A DNA stretch of 64,000 bases from a plasmid: the sequence record NZ_CP064874.1; one strand, 5' to 3'. The position numbers and the translations under genes are program-made. Below are positions 30,191 through 39,899 of this stretch, one piece after another (positions within the stretch are counted from its first letter, which is position 1; each line of letters begins with the position of its first letter). Under the pieces are notes generated by a model, which ran no database searches, had not been told where the DNA came from, and saw only the letters and a list, made by a program, of their open reading frames with translations.

Positions 30191-30302
30191 GCGCACAGTG
30201 TAGCGAGAAACCGCAACAAACGTTGTAGCTCGTTCAGATTGTCGACTTCGAGCCTCTGGGGCCACCCCTTAGCAGTGAGGGGGTTCCAAACCCTCGGGAA
30301 CG

Positions 30303-30324
30303 GGTTATATTCGGGAATATAACC
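30303..30324. promoter_or_regulatory. AT-rich palindromic operator GGTTATATTC-GG-GAATATAACC
   Basis: Perfect 10-bp inverted repeat 19 bp upstream of the 30343 ATG. The half-site AATATAACC recurs at 33559-33568 and 33938-33948. Confidence 0.6.
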
Positions 30325-30342
30325 ATCTGTGAGGAGGAGAAG

Positions 30343-31227
30343 ATGCGGACCCACACCTGCCCGCCGGACCACAAGCACGGGCTGACCTCCACCTGCTACG
30401 TCGTCCACCTCTGCGGGTGCCGCGCCTGCATGGACGGCAACGCGCGCCGCCGCCGCGACCGCTACCGTCTCCTGGCCTACGGGCGATACCAGGACGCGCA
30501 CCAACCCATCGAGCCGATCCGGCAGCACCTGCAGGCACTGGTCGACACCGGGATGATCCCCGAACGGATCGCCATCAGCGCCGGCGTCGGCGGCGCCACG
30601 GTCCGTCGCCTGCTCAACAGCGAGACGGCACGGTTCGTCACCGGCGCCACCGCCCGCAAACTCCTCGCAGTCACCCCCGACAGCAGCACTCTCGCCGCGC
30701 AGGGCCGAGTCAACGGCCGCGGCACCCGCCGGCGCCTCCAGGCTCTGGCCGCGATCGGATGGAACCACCACGAGATCGCACGCCGACTCGGCTACCCGCG
30801 CTGGAAGGTCAACAAGGCACTCGAAGGCGCCTACGTGGACATCCGTGTCCACGACGACATCGCCGCGCTCTACGACGAGCTCTGGGACCAGCAGCCCCCC
30901 ACCCACACCCGAGCGCAGCGGGTCGGCCGCTCCTACGCACTCACGGTCGCACGCCGGCACGGCTGGCTGCCGCCGCTGGCCTGGGACGACATCGACACCG
31001 ACCCGGCACCGCCCACAGCCGGGCAGGAACCCCTGCTCGACGAGATCGCGATCGAGCTCGCTCTCGCCGGCCAGAACGTCCGCCTCACCCGAGACGAGCG
31101 CCTCGAAGCCACCCGACGCGGGACCGAACGCGGACTCAGCCTCACCCAGCTCAGCGACCTGCTCGGCGTCGACGTCCGCACCATCGACCGCGACCGTGAC
31201 GACCTCGGACTCCGGCAGGCCGCCTGA
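30343..31227 (+). CDS. hypothetical Cys/His-rich DNA-binding protein (island 1, gene 1)
   Basis: N-terminal HKHGLTSTCYVVHLCGCRACMDG motif (shared with 31227 and 53846), HTH-like segments and good coding bias. Confidence 0.6.
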   Translation: MRTHTCPPDHKHGLTSTCYVVHLCGCRACMDGNARRRRDRYRLLAYGRYQDAHQPIEPIRQHLQALVDTGMIPERIAISAGVGGATVRRLLNSETARFVTGATARKLLAVTPDSSTLAAQGRVNGRGTRRRLQALAAIGWNHHEIARRLGYPRWKVNKALEGAYVDIRVHDDIAALYDELWDQQPPTHTRAQRVGRSYALTVARRHGWLPPLAWDDIDTDPAPPTAGQEPLLDEIAIELALAGQNVRLTRDERLEATRRGTERGLSLTQLSDLLGVDVRTIDRDRDDLGLRQAA

Positions 31228-31478
31228 TGAGCAAGACGCTCGACATCCTCGAAGCCGCCCTGCACGGCACCACCGCCGGCTACCTGGCCGGATGCCGCAG
31301 CAAGGGAGGATGCCCGAACCACGGCAACCGCCAGCTGCTCACCTGCACCGAAGCGGCCCGCGCCCGCCGCCACTACTTCTCGCTCGCCTCGCTCGAGGAG
31401 ACCGAGCCGATCACCCGGCAGATGCTCCGCGACGCCAAGAACAGCCCCTTCGCACCGAAAGAAGCCGCAGATGTCTGA
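31227..31478 (+). CDS. small Cys/His-motif protein (HGTTAGYLAGCRSKGGC)
   Basis: Overlapping start/stop with its neighbours; shares the HGT-x2-GY-x2-GCR motif. Confidence 0.55.
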   Translation: MSKTLDILEAALHGTTAGYLAGCRSKGGCPNHGNRQLLTCTEAARARRHYFSLASLEETEPITRQMLRDAKNSPFAPKEAADV

Positions 31479-31773
31479 CCAGCCGAACACCTTCACCATC
31501 GACTCCACCAAAGAGGGAGAGTGGCTGCGGGTCGTCCGCGCGCTCGGCGGCCATCGCTGGGCCCTGTCGCTGCGCTTCAACCCCCTCCCGCTGACTCAGC
31601 GAGGCGCCCGGCACACCCGGCCAACGCGGCAGCCCACACCCCACGCGGCAGCAGGCCACGGGCCGAACGCGAGACTGCACCTGCCCAGCTGCGCGATCTC
31701 CCCCCAGCTCGGCAACGGCCGCGGCGCCCACCTCAAGCAGATCCCCCACCTGGGCCGAACCGAGGAGCACTGA
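31471..31773 (+). CDS. hypothetical protein
   Basis: ATG overlapping the upstream stop; part of the operon. Confidence 0.45.
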   Translation: MSDQPNTFTIDSTKEGEWLRVVRALGGHRWALSLRFNPLPLTQRGARHTRPTRQPTPHAAAGHGPNARLHLPSCAISPQLGNGRGAHLKQIPHLGRTEEH

Positions 31774-32249
31774 TGACCGACATCGCCGTGCGCCTCCAGG
31801 AAGCCATGACCATCCAGACCGGCACACCCGTCACCGTCCGATGGAGCTTCCGCGAGTTCGCGCTCAACTGCACCCGCCGCGACGGCCGCCCCCTCACCCA
31901 ACGGATGCACAGGCTCTTCCAGACGCTGCTCAACCGTGAAGCGCTCCGCGAGCTCACTCCAGGAGAAGACCCAACGATGGGATCCCGCGCAACCCTCATC
32001 GAGATCATCGACGACCTCGCCGTCAGCGCCGACCACCAAGGCGCCCGCGCGGCCGCGCTCGCCGAGGTCCTCCTCAGTGCCGGCATGTTCCACCTCGGCG
32101 ACCAGCTCCGCCGCCAGAGCCACGCACTCTCAGAGCTCGACGCCGACGACGAAACCCTCGAGGTCATCGACGAGGCACGCACCCAGATCGCCCGAACCAT
32201 ACTGCTGCTCGACCAAGCCGACACCGCACAGGCAAAGGAGCGCAGATGA
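31773..32249 (+). CDS. hypothetical protein
   Basis: Start MTDIAVRLQEAM at 31773; the upstream low-complexity extension is not coding. Confidence 0.5.
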   Translation: MTDIAVRLQEAMTIQTGTPVTVRWSFREFALNCTRRDGRPLTQRMHRLFQTLLNREALRELTPGEDPTMGSRATLIEIIDDLAVSADHQGARAAALAEVLLSAGMFHLGDQLRRQSHALSELDADDETLEVIDEARTQIARTILLLDQADTAQAKERR

Positions 32250-32998
32250 ACCGACGCACCCGCCGCGCCAGCACAGCCCTCGCCGCGGTCGCAGCTCTCG
32301 CGCTCGGCTTCGGCGCCCACCAGCTGGGCATCACCTCCTGGATCGACACATGGACGCGCCCGCAGGCACCCGCCCCGGACCCGACCTACGACTACACCGC
32401 GCTCGCCGCAGTCGCGCAGGAGCTGCCGCTGATCGATCCCACCGAGGAGATTCCCGAGTATCGCCGCGCCACGTTCGGCGAGCGCTGGATCGACATCGAG
32501 GGAAACGGCTGCGATCAGCGAGACGATCTCCTCGCCGTCCAGCTGCAGGACGTCGTCCGTGACGGTTGCACGGTGCTCTCCGGCGTGCTCGACCCCGATC
32601 CGTACACGGGCACACGCATTGAGTTCGAGCACGACCGGATCGCCGCCCCTGGAGCCCCGGGAAGCTCCGGCGTCCAGATCGACCACATCGTCAGCCTTTC
32701 GGCGGCGCACGCCGGGGGCGCGTGGGCGTGGACCGAGCAGCAGCGCATTCAGTTCGCCAACTCGTTCGACAACATCGTCGCCGTCGATGGCAACACGAAT
32801 GCGGCCAAGAACGACCACGGGCCAGCCCTGTGGCTGCCATCGAACGCCGACTACGTGTGCACCTACGTCGCCCGCTACACGGAGATCGTCGACACCTGGC
32901 ACCTCGCGGTCGACGAAGCCGACCGCGGTGCGCTCGTGGACACGCTCTCAACCTGCGCTGCCCAGCAAGCCAGCGACGAGAGCGGGAGCATGTCGTGA
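32246..32998 (+). CDS. secreted DUF1524/HNH-like nuclease-domain protein
   Basis: N-terminal signal/TM (TALAAVAALALGF); ...GNGCDQRDDLL...QIDHIVSLSAAHAGGAW...NDHGP pattern of GmrSD C-terminal-type HNH. Confidence 0.55.
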   Translation: MNRRTRRASTALAAVAALALGFGAHQLGITSWIDTWTRPQAPAPDPTYDYTALAAVAQELPLIDPTEEIPEYRRATFGERWIDIEGNGCDQRDDLLAVQLQDVVRDGCTVLSGVLDPDPYTGTRIEFEHDRIAAPGAPGSSGVQIDHIVSLSAAHAGGAWAWTEQQRIQFANSFDNIVAVDGNTNAAKNDHGPALWLPSNADYVCTYVARYTEIVDTWHLAVDEADRGALVDTLSTCAAQQASDESGSMS

Positions 32999-33003
32999 AG
33001 CCG

Positions 33004-33537
33004 CTACGAACCCGCGTGGGATCTCGCCGCGCGCGCCTGACGCTTGGCCGCGCGAGCGCGGTCTACGACCTCGTTCGCATCCGTCGTGTCGACACCGAGG
33101 GTGCGCCTGATCACCTCGAGCTCGGCGTCGGTCCAGCGGGTGCGCCCTCGCATCCGCTCACCGAACGTGACGACGTTCAAGCCGAGCAGGTCGATCAGAG
33201 CCGCCTGCGTGGGAACCTCGGGCGCCCCCGCCCCGTCCGCGATCGCCGCCCGCAACCGCTCCGCGAAAGCCGCATCGCGCGCCAGTCCCGGCATCAGTCG
33301 CGGCCGGCGGCCGCGCTGCGAGGGCGCCCTGCGCGCGCGCTCCTGCGCGAATGCGTCGATCGCGGCCTCGTCGTAGAGCGGGGAGTTGCCTTCTATGGCA
33401 ACCGGCTCGGGGAGCAGAGGACCCTCCTGGCCGGCTCTGCGCAGCTTGTTGCTGATGGAGCGCATCTTGTAGACCGCGACGACGGACACGCCGAGCTTCT
33501 CGGCGACGTCCGCCGTGGTGAGGTGCCGTCCGGTCAT
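33004..33537 (-). CDS. MerR/excisionase-type HTH DNA-binding protein
   Basis: MTGRHLTTADVAEKLGVSVVAVYKM HTH_17-like N-terminus; divergent from 33634. Confidence 0.6.
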   Translation of the reverse strand: MTGRHLTTADVAEKLGVSVVAVYKMRSISNKLRRAGQEGPLLPEPVAIEGNSPLYDEAAIDAFAQERARRAPSQRGRRPRLMPGLARDAAFAERLRAAIADGAGAPEVPTQAALIDLLGLNVVTFGERMRGRTRWTDAELEVIRRTLGVDTTDANEVVDRARAAKRQARAARSHAGS

Positions 33538-33558
33538 CAGCGCTCCTCTCAGCTGGAT

Positions 33559-33568
33559 GAATATAACC
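33559..33568. promoter_or_regulatory. AT-rich operator half-site GAATATAACC in divergent intergenic region
   Basis: Same half-site as the 30303-30324 palindrome. Confidence 0.45.
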
Positions 33569-33633
33569 ACTTTCGCGGTTACGGCGCGCCGCGGCAACCA
33601 GACCCAACTTGGTTGGGGATGCTGGGGCGCATG

Positions 33634-33867
33634 GCTAACAAGGACGCGGACGCCATCCGTGAGGAGCTCCGTCGCATCGGCCAGCAGCTCGCGCAAGCGG
33701 ACGAGCTGCGCGAACGCCGCGGCAAAGTCGTCGACGAGGCGCGCGCGGCCGAGCTGACCCAGCGAGAGATCGCCCTCCTGCTGGGGATGACCGAGGAAGG
33801 GCTGCGGAAGGCGCAGAAGTCCTACCACGGACGCGGGCGCTCTTACGGCGGCCGCCTCGCGTCCTAG
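33634..33867 (+). CDS. small DNA-binding-like protein (77 aa)
   Basis: MANKDADAIREELRRIGQQ...LTQREIALLLGMTEEGLRKAQKSY (sigma-70 region-4-like HTH). Confidence 0.4.
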   Translation, partial: ANKDADAIREELRRIGQQLAQADELRERRGKVVDEARAAELTQREIALLLGMTEEGLRKAQKSYHGRGRSYGGRLAS

Positions 33868-33937
33868 CGACCCCGCCAGACCTTCATGGAGCGCCCGTCG
33901 ACTGCGAAATCTGATTGCAATTTTCAAGCACTCTTGA

Positions 33938-33948
33938 CTAATATAACC
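33938..33948 (+). promoter_or_regulatory. AT-rich operator half-site CTAATATAACC overlapping a TTGACT -35-like hexamer
   Basis: 20 bp upstream of ATG 33968. Confidence 0.45.
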
Positions 33949-33967
33949 TGACGAATGAGGGGGTGAG

Positions 33968-35596
33968 ATGGACGAGCTGAACTACCGACCCAAGCCGTGG
34001 ACGCCGAAGGACGTGCCCACGATCTGGGTCGACCAGACCACCGGGCAAGGCGTCACCGACGCCGGCACGCCCGTTCGCCCCGTCATCGGCGAGCGCCGCA
34101 AGAACCCCAACCTGACGGACCTGCTCGACACGGCTGCCTCGTACGGCGCTAACCGCATCATGCTGACCGGGAAGCGCCCCGAGCCTGCGCCTGGCGTGCG
34201 GCACTGGCTGTACGTCCAGACCCCGAACTGGAAGCCCGGAGCCCACTGGGTCAACAACGGCCCGCCCACCGGTCGGTTCGAGCACGCGGTCACCGGCTTC
34301 AAGATCGAAGTCCGCACCGCGGAGGAGTGGTTCGGCGACGGGCCGCTGACCCCTGCCCAGGCTCGTCTGGCCTGGAACGTCACCGCGTCGATCATTCGCC
34401 ACGCCGACGAGAACGCGCGCCTGTTCAACAGCCCTGCCGCCACCGGAACGAACCTGTGGGCGCTGTCGCTGCCGAAGAACATCAACCCCGTGCCGGTCGA
34501 AGACGACATCGCCCAGGAGATCCACTTCACCTCGGGCCTGCACCACTACGACCACCTGGTCGCGGGGGAGTCGTTCGCCAAGCACGAGGACTGCGTCCCG
34601 CTGATCGACCCGGCCAAGACGAAGAAGATCAGCGAGTTCGCCTACGTCGACGGCCGGTTCATGTTCGCCGGCGTCGGGCGCGAGCTCGGTATCGGCCCCG
34701 CGATCCGGCTGAACCAGGCCGCCGCGTACGAGCTGCTCGAGCAAGACCCCTACGCGCGCGCCCGCTTCCACGTGCGGTTCCGCGTCCCTCAGGGCTGGAA
34801 CCACGTTGGCCTGCTCGGTGTGAAGCACCTGGACGTTCGCGAAGGCTGGTTCTATCCGAACCGGCCCGGAGCGGTGCACGACACCTGGGCCGACGGCAGC
34901 GAGATCCACGTCGCCCTCAAGCACGGGTGGGAGATCCGCCCTCACGAGGCCGTGGTGTTCCGCAAGGCCAAGCCTCTAGACACCTTCACCGAGCGCATGA
35001 CGCGCGCCCGCGAGCGAGTCCAGCTGCAGGACGAGATGCACCCGGACCTGCGCCGCGCTGTGCTCGCCGCGCTGCGGAACATCATGCTGCACTCGATCGG
35101 TGCATTCGCCGCCGCGGGCCGCGACGAGACCCGCGTCGCCGCGTCGCCCGATGACGTCCCGCCCGAGTACAGGGCCAAGATGCTGCGACAGGGCAACCTC
35201 TGGATCTATCGCATCCCGTCGCGCCCGAACGACCGCACCCGAAGCTTCTACCACCCGGAGCTCGCCGCCCAGGTCTGGGGTCGCGCACGCGCTCGCGTCC
35301 TCCACGGCCCCAGCTCCCTCGGCGGCTACACCTCCGGTGCTCTCACGGTCGACCCCTCGACGCTCATCGGCATCCAGGGTGATGCGATCTACACGACCAA
35401 GCTGCCGGCGTGGTCCCTGCCGGACCGGTTCATCGGCGGCGGCGACGACGGCAAGACCGGGCGCCTGCGCCTGCAGGGCTACCTCAACGGATCCTTCATC
35501 ACGCCGGAGACGCTGCGGCAGCGTGACGCGCTGAAAGCACGTGCCGAGCGGGCCGGCATCGCCAAGGCGCTCGAGCAGGCAGAGGAGAAGGGCTGA
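33968..35596 (+). CDS. 542-aa hypothetical protein, candidate replication initiator of the element
   Basis: Long ORF with strong coding bias; preceded by a TTGACT promoter and the AATATAACC operator; first gene of a three-gene overlapping operon. No recognisable Walker or polymerase motifs. Confidence 0.45.
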   Translation: MDELNYRPKPWTPKDVPTIWVDQTTGQGVTDAGTPVRPVIGERRKNPNLTDLLDTAASYGANRIMLTGKRPEPAPGVRHWLYVQTPNWKPGAHWVNNGPPTGRFEHAVTGFKIEVRTAEEWFGDGPLTPAQARLAWNVTASIIRHADENARLFNSPAATGTNLWALSLPKNINPVPVEDDIAQEIHFTSGLHHYDHLVAGESFAKHEDCVPLIDPAKTKKISEFAYVDGRFMFAGVGRELGIGPAIRLNQAAAYELLEQDPYARARFHVRFRVPQGWNHVGLLGVKHLDVREGWFYPNRPGAVHDTWADGSEIHVALKHGWEIRPHEAVVFRKAKPLDTFTERMTRARERVQLQDEMHPDLRRAVLAALRNIMLHSIGAFAAAGRDETRVAASPDDVPPEYRAKMLRQGNLWIYRIPSRPNDRTRSFYHPELAAQVWGRARARVLHGPSSLGGYTSGALTVDPSTLIGIQGDAIYTTKLPAWSLPDRFIGGGDDGKTGRLRLQGYLNGSFITPETLRQRDALKARAERAGIAKALEQAEEKG

Positions 35597-36420
35597 TGGC
35601 TGACCAGCAGCGCACCGCCCAAGACCTCATCCGCGATCTGCGGCGCAAGGGCATCAGCACGGCCGAGATCGCCGAGGAGCTGCACCGCTCGCCTCGAATG
35701 GTCCGCAAGATCCTCAACGGCGAAACCAGCGGCGCCCTCTACCGCCAGGCGCTCCAGGAGCTCGCTGACACCGGACGCCTCACCCACGTCCCGCCGCGGC
35801 GCCGGCGCAAGGACGGCTCGATCGCCCCCGTGCGAGGCAAGGCCGGCGCCAAGCCCGTCATCCCCGAAGACCTCAGCGGCACCTACGTTGAGGGTCGCCA
35901 GGGTGGTCGGCTGCGCGTCGACGTGGCATACGCCACCGGGGGCGACCGGTACATCGAGATGCGCATCCCCAAGGGCCGCACCGCGAAGGGCCGCGAGCAG
36001 GCGAACGCCGAACTGATCAAGCAGGTCCGCAACGCCGCCAAGGGCCAGTCCCACGACAAGCAGAAGCAGATCACCGCCCACCTGACCTTCTCCAACGGCC
36101 GCGTGATGGAGGTCAACTCGTACAACGCCTCGACGATGCTCAAGCGCATCCACGAGAACGGCGGCGACGCCCTCGGCTGGTTCCGCGAAGAGTCGAAGAA
36201 CCGATACGTGAACCTCGACACCAGCCGCGACACCATCACCGGCGTCACCCTCAACGTCGTCAGCACGGCCAAGACGACCGAGTACCAGAGGCAGGCCGAG
36301 CGCGGCCGCACTCGCCGCCCCCGCTCGCTGTCGCCGGCGGAGCTCATCAGCATGGAAGAGAAGCGGCGCATCGAGGAGCGCCGCGCTCGCCGCCGTGGAA
36401 ACCGAGGAGGTGGTCAGTGA
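35596..36420 (+). CDS. HTH-containing hypothetical protein
   Basis: N-terminal GISTAEIAEELHRSPRMVRKIL HTH; ATGA overlap with upstream. Confidence 0.5.
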   Translation: MADQQRTAQDLIRDLRRKGISTAEIAEELHRSPRMVRKILNGETSGALYRQALQELADTGRLTHVPPRRRRKDGSIAPVRGKAGAKPVIPEDLSGTYVEGRQGGRLRVDVAYATGGDRYIEMRIPKGRTAKGREQANAELIKQVRNAAKGQSHDKQKQITAHLTFSNGRVMEVNSYNASTMLKRIHENGGDALGWFREESKNRYVNLDTSRDTITGVTLNVVSTAKTTEYQRQAERGRTRRPRSLSPAELISMEEKRRIEERRARRRGNRGGGQ

Positions 36421-36818
36421 CCATGGCCGCCCCGAAGAAGCCCACAGCTGCAGCGAAGCCCCGCGCACGCAAGGCCGCGCCCCCCGCTGAGGAAGTCACC
36501 AGCGACGTCGACCAGGCAGCGACGTCCGAAGCACCCGCACGCGCACCTCGCGCAAGCCAGAAGCCGGCAGCGGCGAGCGCGACGCCTCCTGAGTCGGCCG
36601 AGGCGGAGACGCCACCGCCGGCGAAGAAGAAGCGGGGGCCCTACAACGTCGTCTACGTCCAGAAGAAGCCCGTCTCGATCCGTCTCCCCGACGACGCGCT
36701 TGAACTGATGGACTGGGCCAAGCAGGATGCAGCCAGCCGCGGCGACCGCCTCACCAAGGACGAGATCGTCACCGTTGCGCTTCGCGCCTACTGGGGCCGC
36801 AAACGGCGCCGCGGGTAA
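36417..36818 (+). CDS. small basic DNA-binding-like protein (RHH/ParG-like), paralogue of 38620..38844
   Basis: KKKRGPYNVVYVQKKPVSIRLPDDALELMDWAKQDAASRGDRLTKDEIVTVALRAYWGRKRRRG aligns with the 38620 ORF. Confidence 0.5.
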   Translation: MTMAAPKKPTAAAKPRARKAAPPAEEVTSDVDQAATSEAPARAPRASQKPAAASATPPESAEAETPPPAKKKRGPYNVVYVQKKPVSIRLPDDALELMDWAKQDAASRGDRLTKDEIVTVALRAYWGRKRRRG

Positions 36819-36853
36819 TGACCGTCTCCTGAGCTGCTGGCAGGGAAGTCGAG

Positions 36854-37279
36854 ATGAGTGAAACTAACGGGCCGGCCGAGTTGCCGGTCTACTCGATCGC
36901 CGAGGCATTCGTGAAGCGATCCGGAATGTATATCGGGCAGCCCGTCACGTTCGAGCGAGTGCACACGTTCCTGCTCGGTTTCGAAACGGCGATGTTGTAC
37001 GTTCGCGACGAGCTCGCGCGCGATCGCAATGCGTTTCAGCCCGTGGGCGTGCTCGGTCAGTTCCGGGAGCAGCTGCGATCCGAGGGGCGGCTCAGGTGGG
37101 ACTCCTGGTCCCTGACGATCGTGGCGGAAGCGATCGGCTGGACTGGCGACGAGCCTCCGGCGATCGACGATCTGACCGAAGAGCAGCACCTCGAGGCAGT
37201 CCGGGACCTTCTCCCGTTGCTCGAGAAGGTCTTTGCCCTCCCCGCGGAGCTTGTCACCTCGCTCCGTGACTCCGCCTGA
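36854..37279 (+). CDS. hypothetical protein
   Basis: 141-aa ORF with coding bias and no recognisable motifs. Confidence 0.4.
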   Translation: MSETNGPAELPVYSIAEAFVKRSGMYIGQPVTFERVHTFLLGFETAMLYVRDELARDRNAFQPVGVLGQFREQLRSEGRLRWDSWSLTIVAEAIGWTGDEPPAIDDLTEEQHLEAVRDLLPLLEKVFALPAELVTSLRDSA

Positions 37280-37547
37280 GAAGGGTAGGCACCCCACCGC
37301 TGTCGGTGTGTCGTCCCGCCCATCGAGTTCGAGAACGCGTTCTATGCTGTGCGGCGATGATCAACCTGACCGCCACCGTCCCGCTTGGACCGCTGACAGA
37401 ACTTGTCGGACGATCCCTCTCGGCGACTGGGAGATGGGTCAACTCATCCGGTAGCGCCTACCTGTCATATCCATCACTCAGAGGATCCTGACCCGGACGA
37501 ACGATCGCAGTCGCTCGAGGGCAAAGGACCCGTGCGGATGTCGCGCG

Positions 37548-38600
37548 TCACACCTCGACCTCGAACGGCAACTTTCGCAGTGTCGTCGCGGAAATCCCGG
37601 TGCTCTTGTACATCCGGGCGTGGGCGTACTGGATCTCCGGCAGCAGATCGATGCGGCCGATCGCCTCCAGCATGATCTCGTCGGCCTGACCGGTGAGATG
37701 ACGCAGTTCGGGGATCGCGTACCCGCCCACGTACTTCCCGGAGTTGAGATCCCAGGAGCGCACGGCCGGCAGCGCCTCCTCGATCCTCTCGCCGAGCTCC
37801 ACCAGAGCATCGAACGTGTCCTGCCCGTAAGCGTGCGGGGAGAATGGGATCTGCGACATCGTGCCCTTGGTGACGTTGAAGCAGTCGCCCGTGAACGTCC
37901 ACCACAGGAACGCCAGCCGCGACGCCGCGATCGCGCTGGCCGCGAGCTGGTCCTTCCGGTTCTGAACGAACAGCTTCCCCTCGTTGAGGGGCACCGTGGC
38001 GTGCGTGGTCTTGTCGTAGGTGACCGGCGGCACCGTGTACGTGCTCAGGAAGTACGTGGCGGTCTTCTTGAAACCGACGGAGTAGTCGCTCACACGGACA
38101 AGCGGCGTCGAGGAGATCGTGCCCTTCGCAAGCAGCGTGTCGATCAGCTCGAACATCGCGTCGCTGCTGGCGCGCATCCAGTTCGGGGTCCGCGAGCCGG
38201 CGGGCCGAAGCGAATACCGCAGTGTCGCCATCAGATGCGGACGGAACGCCTCGATCCAGCTGTGGGTGAGCGTCGTGTGCAGCTCGGAGACGCTGCCATA
38301 CCCGGCGGCGGTGATGATCGTGCTGCGCACCTTCACCTGGAACAGGGCAGCCGGGCGTTCCTGGAAGGTGCTCACCCAGATCGCATCGAACCGCCGCTCG
38401 TAGAACTTCCGCAGTGACTCGTCGCGATCGGCGAACTGGCTGCGGATGGGAACGATCAGGCTGAGCCGGCCATCCGGGCGCGTGATCTGCGCCGAGCGCT
38501 CGCAGCAGGAGGCGTAGATGTCGTCGACGTTGTCTGTCTCGAAGCCGGTGATGCGGTAGCTGAGCTCGCGCCGGTTGACGTAGGGTGGGTTGCCGATGAC
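37548..38600 (-). pseudogene. N6-adenine DNA methyltransferase (Eco57I-like), N-terminal SAM-binding region missing
   Basis: Motif IV VVIGNPPYV lies near the start of the recognisable homology; no motif I. The upstream in-frame extension is antisense to the 38620 gene. Confidence 0.55.
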
Positions 38601-38619
38601 GACGTCGAAGCCGCCCTGA

Positions 38620-38844
38620 TTGGGGTGTGACACGTCGCCCCGCACCGGCAAGAAGCGCGGCCCGTACAATGTCCAGCGCATCGAAAAACACCCCGCGACC
38701 TTCCGACTACCTCCGGACGTCTTCGAGTACATCAACCAGGCACGCGACGAAGCCGCGGCCCGTGGTGATCGCCTCACCAAAGACGAAGCGATCACCATGG
38801 CAGTCCGCGCGTTCTGGGGCGGCAAGCGCCAGCGCCGCCGCTGA
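38620..38844 (+). CDS. small basic DNA-binding-like protein, paralogue of 36417..36818
   Basis: KKRGPYNVQRIEKHPATFRLPPDVFEYINQARDEAAARGDRLTKDEAITMAVRAFWGGKRQRRR. Confidence 0.5.
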   Translation: MGCDTSPRTGKKRGPYNVQRIEKHPATFRLPPDVFEYINQARDEAAARGDRLTKDEAITMAVRAFWGGKRQRRR

Positions 38845-39003
38845 TCACCACACCGACATAACCGACGAAAAGAACTCTGGAGGCATCTGATGAGCCGTCG
38901 ATCTATGCTCGAGCAGGAAACCGATCCGCTACACCCCGCGCGGATGCTACCGCGCACCTGAGACGAACGCGCGGTCCTTCACCGAGGATGGCTACATCTC
39001 GAC

Positions 39004-39411
39004 ATGATCAACCGAGGCAGCGAGAAGATTTCGTGCGAAGAGGTGGAGGACCTCGTCTACCGCTATGACAGCTTCGATCTAGCGGCCGCCGTCGCGATGC
39101 TCGACCCCGTGTTCAGCGAGCGGGTATGCGTCTACGTGAGTCTCAAGGAGGGCGGCCCGCTCGGGCTCGAACGGATCCGCGCCGCCATGGAGTCCGCCGG
39201 GGTGGCTAAGCATAAGCACCCCGAGCGGCTGATCGCCGTCGACGACATGCCCCTCACCAAGGTAGGCAAGATTGACAAGAGGGAGCGGAGAGGGCTTTGC
39301 CCGCCGCGACAGCGCCTAATGGGGCAGACGCTCAGCGCCCGCGCCGCCACGCGAGCCAGTGGCGGATGCTCTCCTCGAGCGCGTGCAATAGAGGCAACAT
39401 CACCCAGATGA
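39004..39411 (+). pseudogene. acyl-CoA synthetase (AMP-binding) C-terminal fragment
   Basis: AMP-binding_C pattern ...KISCEEVEDLVYRY...PLTKVGKIDKRE; the N-terminal ~400 aa are absent. Confidence 0.55.
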
Positions 39412-39886
39412 CGCACGCGACGGTCAGTGGCGTCGTACATAGGATCTGGAGGTACGGCGGCAGGCCGGTCAGGAGCGGAGCGATGAAGTAGGCGTTGAAC
39501 ATGGCAGGCGGTACCAGCGCGATCCACACTAAAATCGCCGTCCACCACCGCGGGCGCGCGGGACCGGCCGTCGGGATTGCACCGGTGAGGGCGTCCGGAG
39601 TCAGTGGACGGGCCTGCCCGATCGTGAGCGGCACGGCCTGTTGCAGGTGCGCCTGCCGCTCCTTACTGTCCTCCCACCGGATGAGGTCATGGGGGGAAGC
39701 GAACGTGATCTCGACGACAACCTGGCGCCGGTGCCGTTCCGAGACTCGGACCTTCGACTCCCGGTAGCCGGGGAACGACTGGGCCCGGCCGGTGAAACCA
39801 TGCGCCCACTCGGTGAGATCGTCCAGCCGCCCGGGGACGGCTGTGCGCGCCACCCGAGCCGTGACCGTGAGGTTATCTGGTTGCAT
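39332..39886 (-). CDS. hypothetical membrane protein
   Basis: C-terminal half has 3-4 predicted TM helices. Confidence 0.4.
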   Translation of the reverse strand: MQPDNLTVTARVARTAVPGRLDDLTEWAHGFTGRAQSFPGYRESKVRVSERHRRQVVVEITFASPHDLIRWEDSKERQAHLQQAVPLTIGQARPLTPDALTGAIPTAGPARPRWWTAILVWIALVPPAMFNAYFIAPLLTGLPPYLQILCTTPLTVACVIWVMLPLLHALEESIRHWLAWRRGR

Positions 39887-39899
39887 GGTGTCCTCCCGG

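Noticed and set aside
37548-38957. Full-length 469-aa methyltransferase
   Set aside because: The N-terminal ~115 residues of the ORF are antisense to the 38620..38844 gene and lack motif I/X. Only the region from NPPY onward is methyltransferase-like, so it is a truncated gene.
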